Source of the DNA: Blastocatellia bacterium
Lineage (GTDB): Bacteria; Acidobacteriota; Blastocatellia; UBA7656
Length of the DNA: 64,000 bases
Assembly: GCA_963765495.1 (NCBI GenBank)
Contig: CAVXWP010000008.1
Coordinates: 96,001-160,000, forward strand
Direction of reading: 5' to 3'
The notes beneath the pieces are model-generated. The model was not told the origin of the DNA, did not search any database, and worked only from the letters and a program-made list of their open reading frames with translations. Position numbers and translations under genes: made by a program. Below, piece after piece: positions 1 to 11,958 of this stretch; the first letter of the stretch is position 1, and every line of letters starts with the position of its first letter.

Positions 1-614
1 CGAGCCACTTCGGCCATAAACCTCGTCAGTTTGTCCAGATCTTTGCGGCCCGGTTCGGCTTCGACTCCGCTGCAAACATCAATCGCCATTGGGGCCACCT
101 GTTTGATTGCCTCCGCGACGTTTTCAATTGTGATCCCGCCCGCAAGAATTATCGGAGCATGTCGCTTTGCTTGAAGGGCTGCGCTCCAATCAAATCGCTC
201 TCCGGTCCCGCCGTAAGAGCCTTTTATTTTTGTGTCGAGCAACACCGCGCTGACCGGGTACTCTTTAACCAGATCACAATCAAAGTCATCGCCGACTCTT
301 AGCGCCTTTATGATTTTGATCTCGCCAAGACTCAGGCAAAACTCGGGCGATTCGTCGCCGTGAAGCTGAACCCCGCTCAATCCTACCCGTGATGCGATGT
401 CAATTATCCGCTCGCGGTCCTCATTGACAAAGACGCCTATCGAGGAGACCAGAGGCGGGAGGCCGCAGATAATCTCCCTCGCCTTTTTGGGCGCTATGTA
501 ACGCGAACTGCCCGGCCAGAAATTGAATCCGAGCGCGTCCGCACCGCACGCGAGCGCCGCGTGAGCTTCTTCGACCGTTCGCACGCCGCAAATCTTAACC
601 CGCACTCTTCGCAT
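1..614 (-). CDS. trpF: Phosphoribosylanthranilate isomerase (3' end runs off the window)
   Basis: Manual translation from ATG at 614 gives [17 protein letters not shown]...GADALGFNFW, later VQLHG and LLDT..GSYGGTG motifs; overlaps the trpC stop. Confidence 0.95.
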   Translation of the reverse strand, partial: MRRVRVKICGVRTVEEAHAALACGADALGFNFWPGSSRYIAPKKAREIICGLPPLVSSIGVFVNEDRERIIDIASRVGLSGVQLHGDESPEFCLSLGEIKIIKALRVGDDFDCDLVKEYPVSAVLLDTKIKGSYGGTGERFDWSAALQAKRHAPIILAGGITIENVAEAIKQVAPMAIDVCSGVEAEPGRKDLDKLTRFMAEVA

Positions 615-1446
615 CTTTATCAGCTTCGGCAATCAATTCTGCAAGCGCCTCTCCCGGTCGTGGAGCGCGCATCAGATGCTCTCCTACGAGAAAACCCTGA
701 AACCCTGCCGCTTGCAATCGCTTTATGTCTTCTTGCGTGCGAATACCGCTTTCGCTTACGAGAATCGTTTCGGAAGAGGCCAGCCCGCAAAGCCCTACCG
801 ATGTTTCAAGCTCGACTTTGAAAGTAGTCAAATCGCGATTATTCACGCCAAGGATTCGAGCGCCCGCCCGTGTTGCTCGAAGTAATTCCTGTTTGGTGTG
901 GACTTCGACCAGCGCGTCGAGTCCCAGCTCGCCTGAGACCGCTATCAACCGCCAAAGCAACTCATCATCAAGTATAGCCGTTATCAGCAAAATCGCATCG
1001 GCCCCGGCCTCAACCGCCTCAAATACCTGATATGTATCAAAGATGAAATCTTTTCTGAGCAAGGGCAAACCTATGCGCTTTCTGATGTCGCGGAGATAGT
1101 CGAGCGATCCGCCGAAGAAGTCCTCTTCCGTGAGAATCGAAAGCGCAGCCGCGCCTGCCCGGCTGTACTCTTCTGCGATGGCGACCGGGTCAAAGTCTTC
1201 GCGAATTATTCCCTTCGAAGGAGATCGATATTTGACCTCGGCTATGATATTCGTTCGATCTGTGCGGCTCAAAGCCGCGGCCAGCGAAAGCGGGTGTCGA
1301 AGACTTGCGCGCTCGCGCAGGTCTTCGATTGAGCGCAGGCGCTTCGCCTCTTCCACGCGCACGCGCCTGGCCCTGACTATCTGATCGAGAATGCCTGTGA
1401 CTTTCAGTAAGCCTTCGCCCGCCGTCATCTTAATCTTCTCTTTCAA
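595..1446 (-). CDS. trpC: Indole-3-glycerol phosphate synthase
   Basis: [46 protein letters not shown] motifs; exact start uncertain. Confidence 0.96.
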   Translation of the reverse strand: MKEKIKMTAGEGLLKVTGILDQIVRARRVRVEEAKRLRSIEDLRERASLRHPLSLAAALSRTDRTNIIAEVKYRSPSKGIIREDFDPVAIAEEYSRAGAAALSILTEEDFFGGSLDYLRDIRKRIGLPLLRKDFIFDTYQVFEAVEAGADAILLITAILDDELLWRLIAVSGELGLDALVEVHTKQELLRATRAGARILGVNNRDLTTFKVELETSVGLCGLASSETILVSESGIRTQEDIKRLQAAGFQGFLVGEHLMRAPRPGEALAELIAEADKDAKSAG

Positions 1447-2006
1447 AGTTTCAAGAAATTCTCAAGCAGCAGCTTGCCGTGTTCGCTCATCACCGATTCG
1501 GGATGAAACTGCACTCCTTCGATCTGGTGCTCCCGATGTCTGAGCCCCATAATCACACCATCCGGCGTAGTGGCCGAGACTTCGAGCGCTTCGGGAAGAC
1601 CCTCTTGATCAACTATCAAAGAATGATAGCGGGTAGCGCGGAACCGATACGGCAGCCCTTTGAAAATAGTCTGCGCGTCGTGACAGATTTCCGATGTCTT
1701 GCCGTGCATCAACACAGGCGCGCTTATGACCTTCCCGCCAAATGCCCGCCCTATCGCCTGATGGCCCAGACAGACCCCGAGCATCGGAATCCGCCCGGCA
1801 AATTCGCGTATCGCATCAATAGTAATGCCCGCGTTTTCAGGCACTCCCGGCCCGGGCGAGAATACCAGCCGCTCAGGATTCATCTGCCTTACCTCGTCCA
1901 GCCTTAGCGCGTCGTTACGCGAAACCTTAACCTCTGCGCCCAGTTCTCCAAGATACTGAACCAGGTTGTAAGTGAATGAGTCGTAATTATCTATGACCAG
2001 AATCAT
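1443..2006 (-). CDS. trpG: Anthranilate synthase component II / glutamine amidotransferase (TrpG/PabA)
   Basis: [38 protein letters not shown]; start moved to ATG at 2006. Confidence 0.93.
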   Translation of the reverse strand: MILVIDNYDSFTYNLVQYLGELGAEVKVSRNDALRLDEVRQMNPERLVFSPGPGVPENAGITIDAIREFAGRIPMLGVCLGHQAIGRAFGGKVISAPVLMHGKTSEICHDAQTIFKGLPYRFRATRYHSLIVDQEGLPEALEVSATTPDGVIMGLRHREHQIEGVQFHPESVMSEHGKLLLENFLKL

Positions 2007-2176
2007 CGGCCCAATTCTACAGCTTTGTGCCACTGGAAGAAAACCGCCCCAGAGCAATGTTATCCGCCCAACCCGTTGCCGACACCCTCCTCTAACCGAT
2101 TTCTGCTGATGATCCCTGGCCCGATTCTTGCCGTAAATCTTTCTTCTCCGCTTATCTCGTGAGCAATTCTATTTAT

Positions 2177-2206
2177 TTGACATTGGATGGAACCCACCGC
2201 TACTAT
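2177..2206 (+). promoter_or_regulatory. Sigma70-type promoter of the TetR-RND operon
   Basis: TTGACA (2177-2182), 18-bp spacer, TACTAT (2201-2206). Confidence 0.6.
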
Positions 2207-2212
2207 CAACGT

Positions 2213-2230
2213 AGTAAGTGTTTACTTACT
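2213..2230. promoter_or_regulatory. Probable TetR operator
   Basis: Inverted repeat AGTAAGT-gttt-ACTTACT directly downstream of the -10 box, upstream of the TetR gene. Confidence 0.6.
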
Positions 2231-2266
2231 TAGGATAAAAAAGAGGAGGACCGGAAGCGGCCAAAG

Positions 2267-2941
2267 ATGTCGAGAAGCAATTTGAAAACAGTGGTGACGG
2301 GGATAGAAGAAGGGGGGCGGATGTCCTGCGTAGACCGCCGCCAGCAGCTCATACGAGTAGCGATTAAAGTGTTCTCTCAAAAAGGGTTTAGCGGAGCGAC
2401 CACAAAGGAAATAGCCTCTGCGGCAGGCGTGAGCGAAGCTATCATCTTTCGCCATTTTCCCACAAAGGACGATCTTTACGCGGCGATTCTCGATCACAAG
2501 GCAAGCGAATCGAGCGTCGATGTCTGGCTAAAGGAGTTGAGCGAGTATGCCGAGCGCCGCGATGATGAGGGGCTCTTTCAGGTGCTGGCCGCAAGGATTG
2601 TGGAGCATCACCGCAAGGATGTGGATTTCGTGCGCCTGATGTTGTACTCGGCGCTTGAAGGACACGAGCTGGCAAGACAATTCAGAGAGAAACAATTTCT
2701 GCCCATTCACGACTTCCTCCGGGATTATATAGCCGCTCGGCAGAAAGAAGGCGCATTCCGCGACTGCAACCCGAGAATGGCCGTCCGCGCCTTTGTCGGC
2801 ATGCCGTTTTATCACTCTATTATGAACTGGTTGTTCGAGTTTAATGTTGTGGAGATCAGCGATAAAAAGGCCACAGAAGCATTCACCAACCTGATACTGA
2901 GCGGGCTTCGCGCCGAGGCCGCTTCCGCCGCCGAGGAGTAA
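2267..2941 (+). CDS. TetR/AcrR family transcriptional regulator
   Basis: N-terminal HTH FSQKGFSGATTKEIASAAGVSEAIIFRHFPTKDDLY; heads the efflux operon; start may be slightly downstream. Confidence 0.93.
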   Translation: MSRSNLKTVVTGIEEGGRMSCVDRRQQLIRVAIKVFSQKGFSGATTKEIASAAGVSEAIIFRHFPTKDDLYAAILDHKASESSVDVWLKELSEYAERRDDEGLFQVLAARIVEHHRKDVDFVRLMLYSALEGHELARQFREKQFLPIHDFLRDYIAARQKEGAFRDCNPRMAVRAFVGMPFYHSIMNWLFEFNVVEISDKKATEAFTNLILSGLRAEAASAAEE

Positions 2942-2950
2942 TACTTCACT

Positions 2951-4282
2951 ATGACATCACCATTTCGCATTAGGGGAAAATACATATTGGCATGTCTTTG
3001 CGTGGTGCTTGCCGGGGCGCTGTTTTTATCCGCCTGCGGACGATCAAAAGCGACCACGGAAAACAACGATTCAAATGCTTCGACGGCCGAAGCCGCAGAG
3101 CTTCACCCCGTTGAGGTAACGACATCCGAGGCTACTTCGGAAGAAGTCCCGGCCTTTATTCAGGCGACCGGCAGTTTTGACGCCGATGAGACATCGGATG
3201 TGGCCGCGCAAACAAGCGGGCAGGTAGCGCAAACGCCTATAGACGTGGGCGCATTCGTAAAAAAGGGCGCGGTTATTGCAGTGCTTGATGCCAGGGACGC
3301 CCGGTTGAGATTCCAGCAAGCGCTCGCCGCAGAGCGACAAAATGAGGCTGCGCTCAGACAGGCAGAGGCCAAAATAGGGCTTCTCGAAGGAGGGACGTTT
3401 TCCGCCTCGGAAGTGCCCGAAGTTCGAGCCGCCAGCCAGAATTACGAGTCGGCCAGAGCACAGGCGGAACTCGCCGAGACGAATGCCCGCCGCTACGAAA
3501 ATCTGGTTGAAACCGGCGATGTCTCAAGGATGATTTACGACCAGGCGAAGACTCAGGCCGAAACGGCTCGCGCTCAGGCCAATGCGGCCCGCCAGCAGTT
3601 GGAAGTGGTTATAAACGTCGCCAAGCAGAACAATCAGGCCATAGCGCAGGCTCAGGCAAATCTGGATGCCGCGCGTTCGGCAACCGCGCTTGCGAGAAAG
3701 ACCGTCGATGATACAAACATAAGAGCGCCGTTTTCCGGCTATGTCAGCGACCGCCCCGTAGCTCCGGGCGAGTATATAACGCCCGCCTCGAAAGTGGTGA
3801 CCCTGCTCAGGACCGACCCGATAAAGTTGAAGCTCCAACTGCCCGAAGCCGACGCGGGCCGGGCACATCCCGGAATGACCGTAGTCGCTACGGTGACTGC
3901 TTTTCCTGATCGGGAATTTACAGGTAAGGTGACGATAATAAATCCTTCGATTGACCCGGTTTCGCGCACCGTGACGGTAGAGGCATATTTTGACAATCCC
4001 GGTAATGCGCTCAGACCGAATATGTTCGCAAGCGCGCGCATACTGCTCCCGGAAGGCGAGCAGGGAATCTTCATACCGAAATCTGCGATCATCACCGACT
4101 CGACCACGGCATCATCGCGTGTCTATGTGATAGACGGTACGGTCGCCCGGTTGCGCGTAGTGCAGACCGGACCCGAGATGGAGAACCGCGTGCAAGTGTT
4201 ATCGGGAGTAACGACGGGTGAAAAGGTCGCCACAAGCAACCTCGACCAGCTTTTCGACGGCGCGCAGGTGGTGCCTAAATGA
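2951..4282 (+). CDS. RND efflux periplasmic adaptor (MFP) lipoprotein
   Basis: Lipobox FLSAC, lipoyl-like halves, long coiled coil, IRAPFSG, LRPNMF. Confidence 0.93.
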   Translation: MTSPFRIRGKYILACLCVVLAGALFLSACGRSKATTENNDSNASTAEAAELHPVEVTTSEATSEEVPAFIQATGSFDADETSDVAAQTSGQVAQTPIDVGAFVKKGAVIAVLDARDARLRFQQALAAERQNEAALRQAEAKIGLLEGGTFSASEVPEVRAASQNYESARAQAELAETNARRYENLVETGDVSRMIYDQAKTQAETARAQANAARQQLEVVINVAKQNNQAIAQAQANLDAARSATALARKTVDDTNIRAPFSGYVSDRPVAPGEYITPASKVVTLLRTDPIKLKLQLPEADAGRAHPGMTVVATVTAFPDREFTGKVTIINPSIDPVSRTVTVEAYFDNPGNALRPNMFASARILLPEGEQGIFIPKSAIITDSTTASSRVYVIDGTVARLRVVQTGPEMENRVQVLSGVTTGEKVATSNLDQLFDGAQVVPK

Positions 4283-4352
4283 TGAACCCGCTCGGTTGTT
4301 TGCTGTCAGTTGCAACTGACAGCCTGGGACTGACAACGGACAGAGGACAATC

Positions 4353-7300
4353 ATGCAGAAGTTAGCTGAGATATGTGTTCGCCGCCCCGTTTTTGCTACG
4401 GTACTGATACTAGCTCTTACCGTGGTGGGCATCTTTTCTTTCAACTCGCTCGGCGTAGACCTGTTCCCAAAGATTGATCTTCCGACTGTAACCGTCACGG
4501 TGGTCAATCCGGGCGCTTCGCCCCAGGAGATTGAAACCGAAGTCACCGACAAGATCGAAGGCGCTATCAATACCGTCAGCGGGATTGACGAATTGCGCTC
4601 GACTTCGGTCGAAGGCGTATCGCAGGTATTTGTCACATTTATTCTGGAAAAGAACCCCGACGTGGCCACGCAAGAGATTCGCGATAAGGTGAATCTGATC
4701 GTCGGCGACCTGCCGGAAACCGCCGAAGACCCTATCATTCAAAAGCTCAACACCGATGCCACGCCCGTTCTTCAGATAGCCGTTTCAGCGCCCGGCTCGC
4801 TACGCGATGTCACCTATGTTGCAGATAACCAGATCAAGCAGCGAATCGAGAGCATAAACGGCGTAGGCGAGGTGCAGATAGTCGGTCGCCAGCAGCGCGA
4901 GATTCACGTCTTTGTCGATCCAGATAAACTGCGCGCCTATAACGTCACTGTAGCCGAGGTAGCAAACGCCGTCCGCGAGCAGAATATGGAGGTGCCGGGC
5001 GGTCGCGTCGATCAGGGCACGCGTGAACTGACGGTCCGCACTATGGGGAAAGTAATCGACCCCAAACGGTTCAACGACATAGTCGTCGCCGTTCGCGGGT
5101 CGTATCCGGTCAAGGTCAGCGACATCGGCCACGCCGAAGACGGAACCGAAGAGCAGAGAACGGCGGCCCTGCTCAACGGGCAGCCCGCCGTCACGCTGGT
5201 TGTCTCGAAGCAATCGGGGCAAAACACAGTGGCGGTGGCCGAGGCTGTAAAACAACGCCTCGCCGAAATCAAACCGACTCTGCCACCCGACTATCGCGTA
5301 GAGGTGGTTGGCGATCAATCAATATTTATCAAGGCGTCGGTTGATGCGATCAAGACACACCTTGTCGAAGGCGGATTGCTTGCCGCGCTCGTGGTCTTTA
5401 TCTTCCTGTGGAATTTCCGCTCTACGATCATCGCGGCGGTCGCCATTCCTACCTCGATCATCGCGACATTCGGTTTGATGGCGGCGATGGGTTACACGCT
5501 GAATAAGATCACAATGCTCGCGCTCACGCTGATGGTCGGTATAGTTATTGACGACGCGATAGTTGTGCTCGAAAACATCTATCGCTACATCGAAGAAAAA
5601 GGCATGGCTCCGTTTCAGGCAGCCATCGAAGGAACACGCGAAATCGGTCTCGCTGTAATGGCGACTACGCTTTCGCTGCTGGCCGTCTTTATCCCCGTAG
5701 GTTTTATGGGCGGGATTGTAGGCCGTTTCATGTCCTCATTCGGTTTGACATCCGCATTCGCAATCGCGGTATCGCTTCTGGTGTCGTTTACCTTGACCCC
5801 AATGCTTGCGGCAAGGCTCATAAAGCGGCGCGAGACGACGATGGCTATCGCGAGCGGCGAGGCTGATGATGAAGCCCTGTCCGAGCGGGAAGCCGGTCCT
5901 GTGAAGGCGGATGTGGAGTCAAAGGAATCGCGTTTCTACAGACCCATTGATCGCACCTACACGATGTTATTGCACTGGTCGCTCGATCACAGGTGGGCGA
6001 TAGTTGGATTGTGCGGCCTCGTGATTTTGAGCATCGTCCCGCTCTTCATGTTTGTAGGTAAGAACTTTCTACCCGTAGACGATCAGGCGCAGTTCGAGGT
6101 ATCGGTTCGCGCGCCGGAAGGCTCGTCGCTCGCCGCTACATCGAGCATCGTTGAGCGAATCGCCACGGAAATTCGCAAGTTCCCGGGCGTACTTGAAACC
6201 CTGACGACGATTGGAGGCGGGCAGCAGCAACAGGTAAACAGCGCCTCGGTTTACGTCAAGCTCACGCCGATCGAACAACGCCACGTGTCTCAGCAGGAAT
6301 TGATGACGCGCGCGCGCGCGCTGCTCAAGCAATACCCGCAGGAACTGAGAACAAGCGTGCAGGATGTGGCGGCGGTTTCGGGTGGAGGTCAGCGCAACGC
6401 CGACATTCAATATGTGGTGAGCGGCCCCGATCTGCAAAAACTCACGGAGTATTCAGCCGTGCTGCTTGAAAAGATGAAATCAATCCCCGATGTGGTTGAC
6501 GCCGATTCGTCACTGGTTTCGGGTAAGCCGGAATTGCGCATCGTAATCGACCGCGCGCGCGCCGGTGATCTGGGCGTGAAGGTAGCCGATATAGCTCAGG
6601 CGCTCAACACGCTCGTAGCCGGGCAAAAGGTCTCGACCTTCAATGAAGGCAAGGACCAGTATGATGTGGTCGTACGGTCTACGGGGCAGTACCGCGCCAG
6701 CGCCGAGGGGCTTCAAAGGATGATCGTCACGTCGAGCAAAGCGGGATGGGTCAGCCTCGATAATCTCGTCAAGATTGATCCCGGCACAGGCCCGTCGAGC
6801 ATTGATCGCCTGAACCGTCAGCGACAGGTTACGCTTTCGGCAAACGTCAAACCGGGCGGCTCGCAGGCGGCTGTCATCAGCAAGATGAATCAGTTTGTAA
6901 AAGAGATGAAGATTGATCCGGGCTATCAGACGGGAACGGCAGGACGCTCGAAAGAGCTTGCGAAATCGGGCTACTACTTCCTGCTCGCATTCGCGCTGTC
7001 GTTTATCTTCATGTATCTGGTGCTTGCAGCGCAATTCGAATCTTTCATACATCCGGTGACGATTCTGCTCACGCTGCCACTTGCCATCCCATTCGGCATA
7101 CTGTCGCTTTTGCTGACCGGTCAGACCGTGAATATATTTTCCGGCCTCGGACTGCTCTTGCTGTTTGGCGTGGTAAAGAAAAACGCGATCTTGCAGATAG
7201 ATCATACGAACGGATTGCGCGCGCTTGGCATGACGCGCCAGGATGCGATCATTCAGGCAAACCGCGACCGGCTTCGCCCGATACTGATGACAACCATCGC

Positions 7301-7622
7301 GCTCGTTGCAGGCATGATTCCGCTGGTCGTTTCAAGCGGCCCGGGGTCGGGCACGAACAGATCAATCGGCGTGCTCGTAGTCGGCGGCCAATCGCTTTGC
7401 CTGCTGCTCACGCTGCTTGCCGTCCCGGTCTTTTACTCGTTGTTTGAAGACCTGGGCGAGTTGCGGATGTGGGGCTACATAGCCGAGCGGTACAAGATAG
7501 TCGCGGCCTATGCGAGTCGCCGATTTGCGCAAGCCGGATCATTGGCCGCAGGCATCTTCTCTCGCAAAGCAGGAAAGGAGAGTTACAAAGACAGATATGT
7601 TGACCATACATCAGGCGATTAA
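4353..7622 (+). CDS. RND efflux transporter permease (AcrB/HAE1 family)
   Basis: 1089 aa; RRPV, VGIVIDDAIVVLENI, KKNAIL, RLRPILMTT motifs. Confidence 0.96.
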   Translation: MQKLAEICVRRPVFATVLILALTVVGIFSFNSLGVDLFPKIDLPTVTVTVVNPGASPQEIETEVTDKIEGAINTVSGIDELRSTSVEGVSQVFVTFILEKNPDVATQEIRDKVNLIVGDLPETAEDPIIQKLNTDATPVLQIAVSAPGSLRDVTYVADNQIKQRIESINGVGEVQIVGRQQREIHVFVDPDKLRAYNVTVAEVANAVREQNMEVPGGRVDQGTRELTVRTMGKVIDPKRFNDIVVAVRGSYPVKVSDIGHAEDGTEEQRTAALLNGQPAVTLVVSKQSGQNTVAVAEAVKQRLAEIKPTLPPDYRVEVVGDQSIFIKASVDAIKTHLVEGGLLAALVVFIFLWNFRSTIIAAVAIPTSIIATFGLMAAMGYTLNKITMLALTLMVGIVIDDAIVVLENIYRYIEEKGMAPFQAAIEGTREIGLAVMATTLSLLAVFIPVGFMGGIVGRFMSSFGLTSAFAIAVSLLVSFTLTPMLAARLIKRRETTMAIASGEADDEALSEREAGPVKADVESKESRFYRPIDRTYTMLLHWSLDHRWAIVGLCGLVILSIVPLFMFVGKNFLPVDDQAQFEVSVRAPEGSSLAATSSIVERIATEIRKFPGVLETLTTIGGGQQQQVNSASVYVKLTPIEQRHVSQQELMTRARALLKQYPQELRTSVQDVAAVSGGGQRNADIQYVVSGPDLQKLTEYSAVLLEKMKSIPDVVDADSSLVSGKPELRIVIDRARAGDLGVKVADIAQALNTLVAGQKVSTFNEGKDQYDVVVRSTGQYRASAEGLQRMIVTSSKAGWVSLDNLVKIDPGTGPSSIDRLNRQRQVTLSANVKPGGSQAAVISKMNQFVKEMKIDPGYQTGTAGRSKELAKSGYYFLLAFALSFIFMYLVLAAQFESFIHPVTILLTLPLAIPFGILSLLLTGQTVNIFSGLGLLLLFGVVKKNAILQIDHTNGLRALGMTRQDAIIQANRDRLRPILMTTIALVAGMIPLVVSSGPGSGTNRSIGVLVVGGQSLCLLLTLLAVPVFYSLFEDLGELRMWGYIAERYKIVAAYASRRFAQAGSLAAGIFSRKAGKESYKDRYVDHTSGD

Positions 7623-9646
7623 AAAATTGTGGTCGGCCCGCAGCTCGCTTGCGCGACTCTTTGCGATGAGTCTCGTTGCGTCACTCGTAGCGGGAACGCT
7701 GCTGCCTTCAATGGTTGCGGCGCAATCCGGCCAGCAACAGCAACAACCGCAGCAACAGCAGACGCCTCCCACTGGGCAGCCGTCTGATCCTGCTCGGCAG
7801 AGCCCGCAGCCTGCGCCGCAGCCCGCGCCTACCCAGCAACAGACTCAACCGCAGCCGCAGCAGGGTCAGCAGGGTCAGCCATCCCAACAGGGGCAGCCGT
7901 CCGCGCCGGGCGGATTACAGCAGGTGCCCGCTACACCGGGGCAGGGCGTAGGCGATTCCGGCGTGATAATTCCGCCGCAAATGCCAAAGGAGCCGCCTCC
8001 CGTAGCGCCCGATTATCAGGCCCCGCTCCGGTCGCTACCCTCTGCCGAAAGAGTCGGCGTGGAACAAACCGAGCCTGCCTCGCTTACCTTGAGCGAGGCG
8101 ATAGCGCTTGCGCTTGCAAACAATAACGACATCAGCACCTCGCGCATAGATATAGAGATGGCCCGCTTTGACTTGAAAGCGGCTAAAGGCGCTTATGATC
8201 CGCAACTCTCTTCGGAAGCCTATTATGAAAAGCGCGAAACGCCGGTCGCCTCGTTTATCGGCGGCGGCCCAAACGGTAAGGTAACTACGTCCGATCTTAC
8301 CGGAAGCGTGAAACTGGCGGGATTGTCGCCCTGGTTTGGCGGGAATTATCAGGTTGATTACTCTTCGAGCCGCACGACTACGGATAACCTTTTCACTTCG
8401 CTCAATCCGCAATATCCGACCTCGCTGACCTTTACATATTCGCAGCCGCTGCTGCGCAATCTGACGATAGACGACAATCGCCGCCGCATCGAGATTGCCA
8501 AAAAGAACCTGACGCTTTCGGATTCCCAGTTTCGCCAGCGCGCAATCGAAACCATAACCCGCGTTCAGCAGGCTTACTGGGACCTGGCCTTCGCGCTTAG
8601 GAATTTGCAGGTTCAGATTGACGCGGTCAAACAGGCGCGCACTCAGGTAGAGAGCAATCGCCGACAGGTAGAGCAGGGAACCCTTGCGCCCATAGATATA
8701 GTCGCAGCCGAAACTCAGGTATCGACATTCGAGCAAAACGTCTACACCGCGCAGGAAGCCGTCACGCGAGCCGAAAATACGCTGAAGACGCTTATCCTGC
8801 CCACTCGCACCGCGCAACTCTGGAACAAGGCTATTCTGCCCGTAAGCCCTGTGACGCTTGAGCCGCCGGTTGTGCCGCTTGATGAAGCGGTCAATGCGGC
8901 GCTTGCAAACCGGCCTGAGATCGAGCAGGTTGAAACGAGCGCAGAGATCAATAAGATCAACACACGTTTCTTCAACAACCAGACAAAGCCGCAAATTGAT
9001 CTGGTAGGAGTCTTCAGCACGGTCGGGCTTGCGGGGACGATTGCCAATAACGGCGTCAATCCGCTATCAGCCGGAAACGTGGCGCTCACCGCGCGCGTCA
9101 ATGCGCTGTCTGAGTTGGCCGGGCTGCCGCCTCTGCCGCCCACTTCGACCGGGTCATTGCCTGATCTATTGATCGGAGGCCCTAGCCAATCATTCACAAA
9201 CCTTTTTGGATTCAATTATCCGGCAGCGCGCATAGGGCTTCGGTTCTCGTTTCCGGTGGGCAATCGCACGGCCGAAGCAAATCTGGGAAAATCGCTTGCC
9301 GAAGGGCGCCGCATCGGCAACCAGCGCGAGCAATTGAAACAGGTGATCGAATCAGAGGTGCGCAATGATTTACAGGCGGTGAAATCGGCTCAGGCAAGAC
9401 TCGCCGCCGCCGCGTCTGCTCGCTCTTCGGCGGAGCAGCAATACGAAAGCGAGCAGCGTAGATTTCAGGCCGGGCTTTCTACCGTGTTTCTCGTTCTTCA
9501 ACGGCAGACCGAATTGATAGCCGCTCGCGGAAGAGAGCTTCAGGCCCAGACGGATTTGAACAAGGCCATAGCCGAATTTTATCGCGCGACCGGCTCTACA
9601 TTGCAGATCAACAACGTCACGGTTCGCACCGATACAGATAGTAAGA

Positions 9647-9651
<5 letters not shown>
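7597..9651 (+). CDS. TolC family outer membrane efflux protein with Gln/Pro-rich N-terminal linker
   Basis: LTLSEAIALALANN, VQQAYWDL, RRFQAGLSTVFLVLQRQ; operon context; start could be 7597 or 7666. Confidence 0.9.
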
Positions 9652-10548
<897 letters not shown>

Positions 10549-10851
10549 TGCCGAATCACCTCCTGTTTATTGATCCTGGGATAGCCATAGTCTATGTCAA
10601 AGCGCGCTAATATCAAACAAGGTTTGACATTTCGCTCAAAAACCCCGTCGTCATTTCGACAAATGCGGGCAACGCGATTGGGGGCTGTTGCTTTCAAACC
10701 TTACGGATGATAAGTATGGGTAGGTTACGACGCTCTATCAAGTGAGCATGCTTACTTATATGAAAAACCAGGAGGAAAAATAAACCTGCTTGCAACGAGG
10801 TGCGGCGGCTCTCCCCTTAACCAACCGCCGAATCAAACAAGGAGAAAACCG

Positions 10852-11739
10852 ATGAATAGAATAAGATTTGTGGCAGTAATCCTAACGGTGATTTCGCTCA
10901 TGGGGATGGGCGTGGCCGCTCAGGCAGCACAGCGAGGCTACCGCCCTAATGAAAGACAGTTCAGAAGCCTTGTCTCAAGAATCGAGACCGGCGCTGATCG
11001 TTTTCGCTCAAGCCTGGATGCGGCGCTCGACCGCAGCCCTATCGACGGCACGAGAGAGGAAGACAACATAAACCAGTTTGTCAAAGATTTCGAACAGGCA
11101 ACCAATCGTCTCAAGGATCGCTATAATGACAATCGAGCCGTCAACGACGATGCGGAAGAGGTCCTCAGACGCGGGGCGGTCATTGATAGTTTTATGCGTC
11201 GTCACAGGCTTGCGGGGCGGGCCGAAAGCGATTGGGCTTACTTGCGGAGGAACCTCGATAGTCTGGCGAGGCTCTACAGGATTTCGTGGAACTGGGATGA
11301 GCGATATAATCGCCGCAATCGAGATGACAATGGTTCGTATCGCGACAATGATCGGTCGAATGGTTCAAGTCGGCGCGCTTATTATGTAAGCGAAGGGCAG
11401 TTAAGGTCTTTGATAAGCCGCATAGAGAACGAGGCTGACCGTTTTCGCTCAAGCGTGGACTCCTCGCTCGACCGCAGTCGTATCAACGGTTCAAGACGAG
11501 AGGACAACATAAACCAGTTTGTCAAAGATTTCGAACAAGCGACCAACGATCTCAAGAACCACTTCAATGATGGTCGGTCAACAACCGGCGATGCCGAAGA
11601 AGTGCTTAGACGCGGAAAGGCTATTGATAGCTTTATGCGCCGCGCCCGGCTTTCGAGCCGAGCCGAAAATGACTGGCGCTCATTGCGCAGAGACCTCGAT
11701 ACCCTGGCCCGGTATTACAGGGTTTCCTGGCGCTGGTAA
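10852..11739 (+). CDS. Secreted protein with two tandem approx. 105-aa helical domains
   Basis: Signal peptide; two near-identical domains (ADRFRSS.D..LDRS.I.G.R.EDNINQFVKDFEQATN.L...DW..LRR.LD.LAR.Y...W.W); AGGAG RBS. Confidence 0.85.
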   Translation: MNRIRFVAVILTVISLMGMGVAAQAAQRGYRPNERQFRSLVSRIETGADRFRSSLDAALDRSPIDGTREEDNINQFVKDFEQATNRLKDRYNDNRAVNDDAEEVLRRGAVIDSFMRRHRLAGRAESDWAYLRRNLDSLARLYRISWNWDERYNRRNRDDNGSYRDNDRSNGSSRRAYYVSEGQLRSLISRIENEADRFRSSVDSSLDRSRINGSRREDNINQFVKDFEQATNDLKNHFNDGRSTTGDAEEVLRRGKAIDSFMRRARLSSRAENDWRSLRRDLDTLARYYRVSWRW

Positions 11740-11801
11740 CGATCTGAGATTTGAGAAATTTGAAATTTCAGATATGTGCGAGTGAAAAGAATAAGCCCTG
11801 C

Positions 11802-11842
11802 CACAAAGTCACAGAGTTTCGATTAAGCTCTGTGACTTTGTG
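11802..11842 (+). terminator. Hairpin (terminator or REP-like)
   Basis: 15-bp perfect stem CACAAAGTCACAGAG / CTCTGTGACTTTGTG followed by ATTTT. Confidence 0.6.
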
Positions 11843-11958
11843 ATTTTCCAGCCGTCCTGATCCTTACTTGATCTCCTCGATATATGCGAAGCCCGTTTTG
11901 CCGGTTATACTTATTTTTGGGTTTTGAAATCCAGGAATCTCAAATTTCATATGAGTAG

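Noticed and set aside
8035-8994. 319-aa minus-strand ORF (likewise 19615-20421, 35021-35767, 39696-40424, 60359-61159)
   Set aside because: Antisense to well-supported genes; expected in GC-rich coding DNA.
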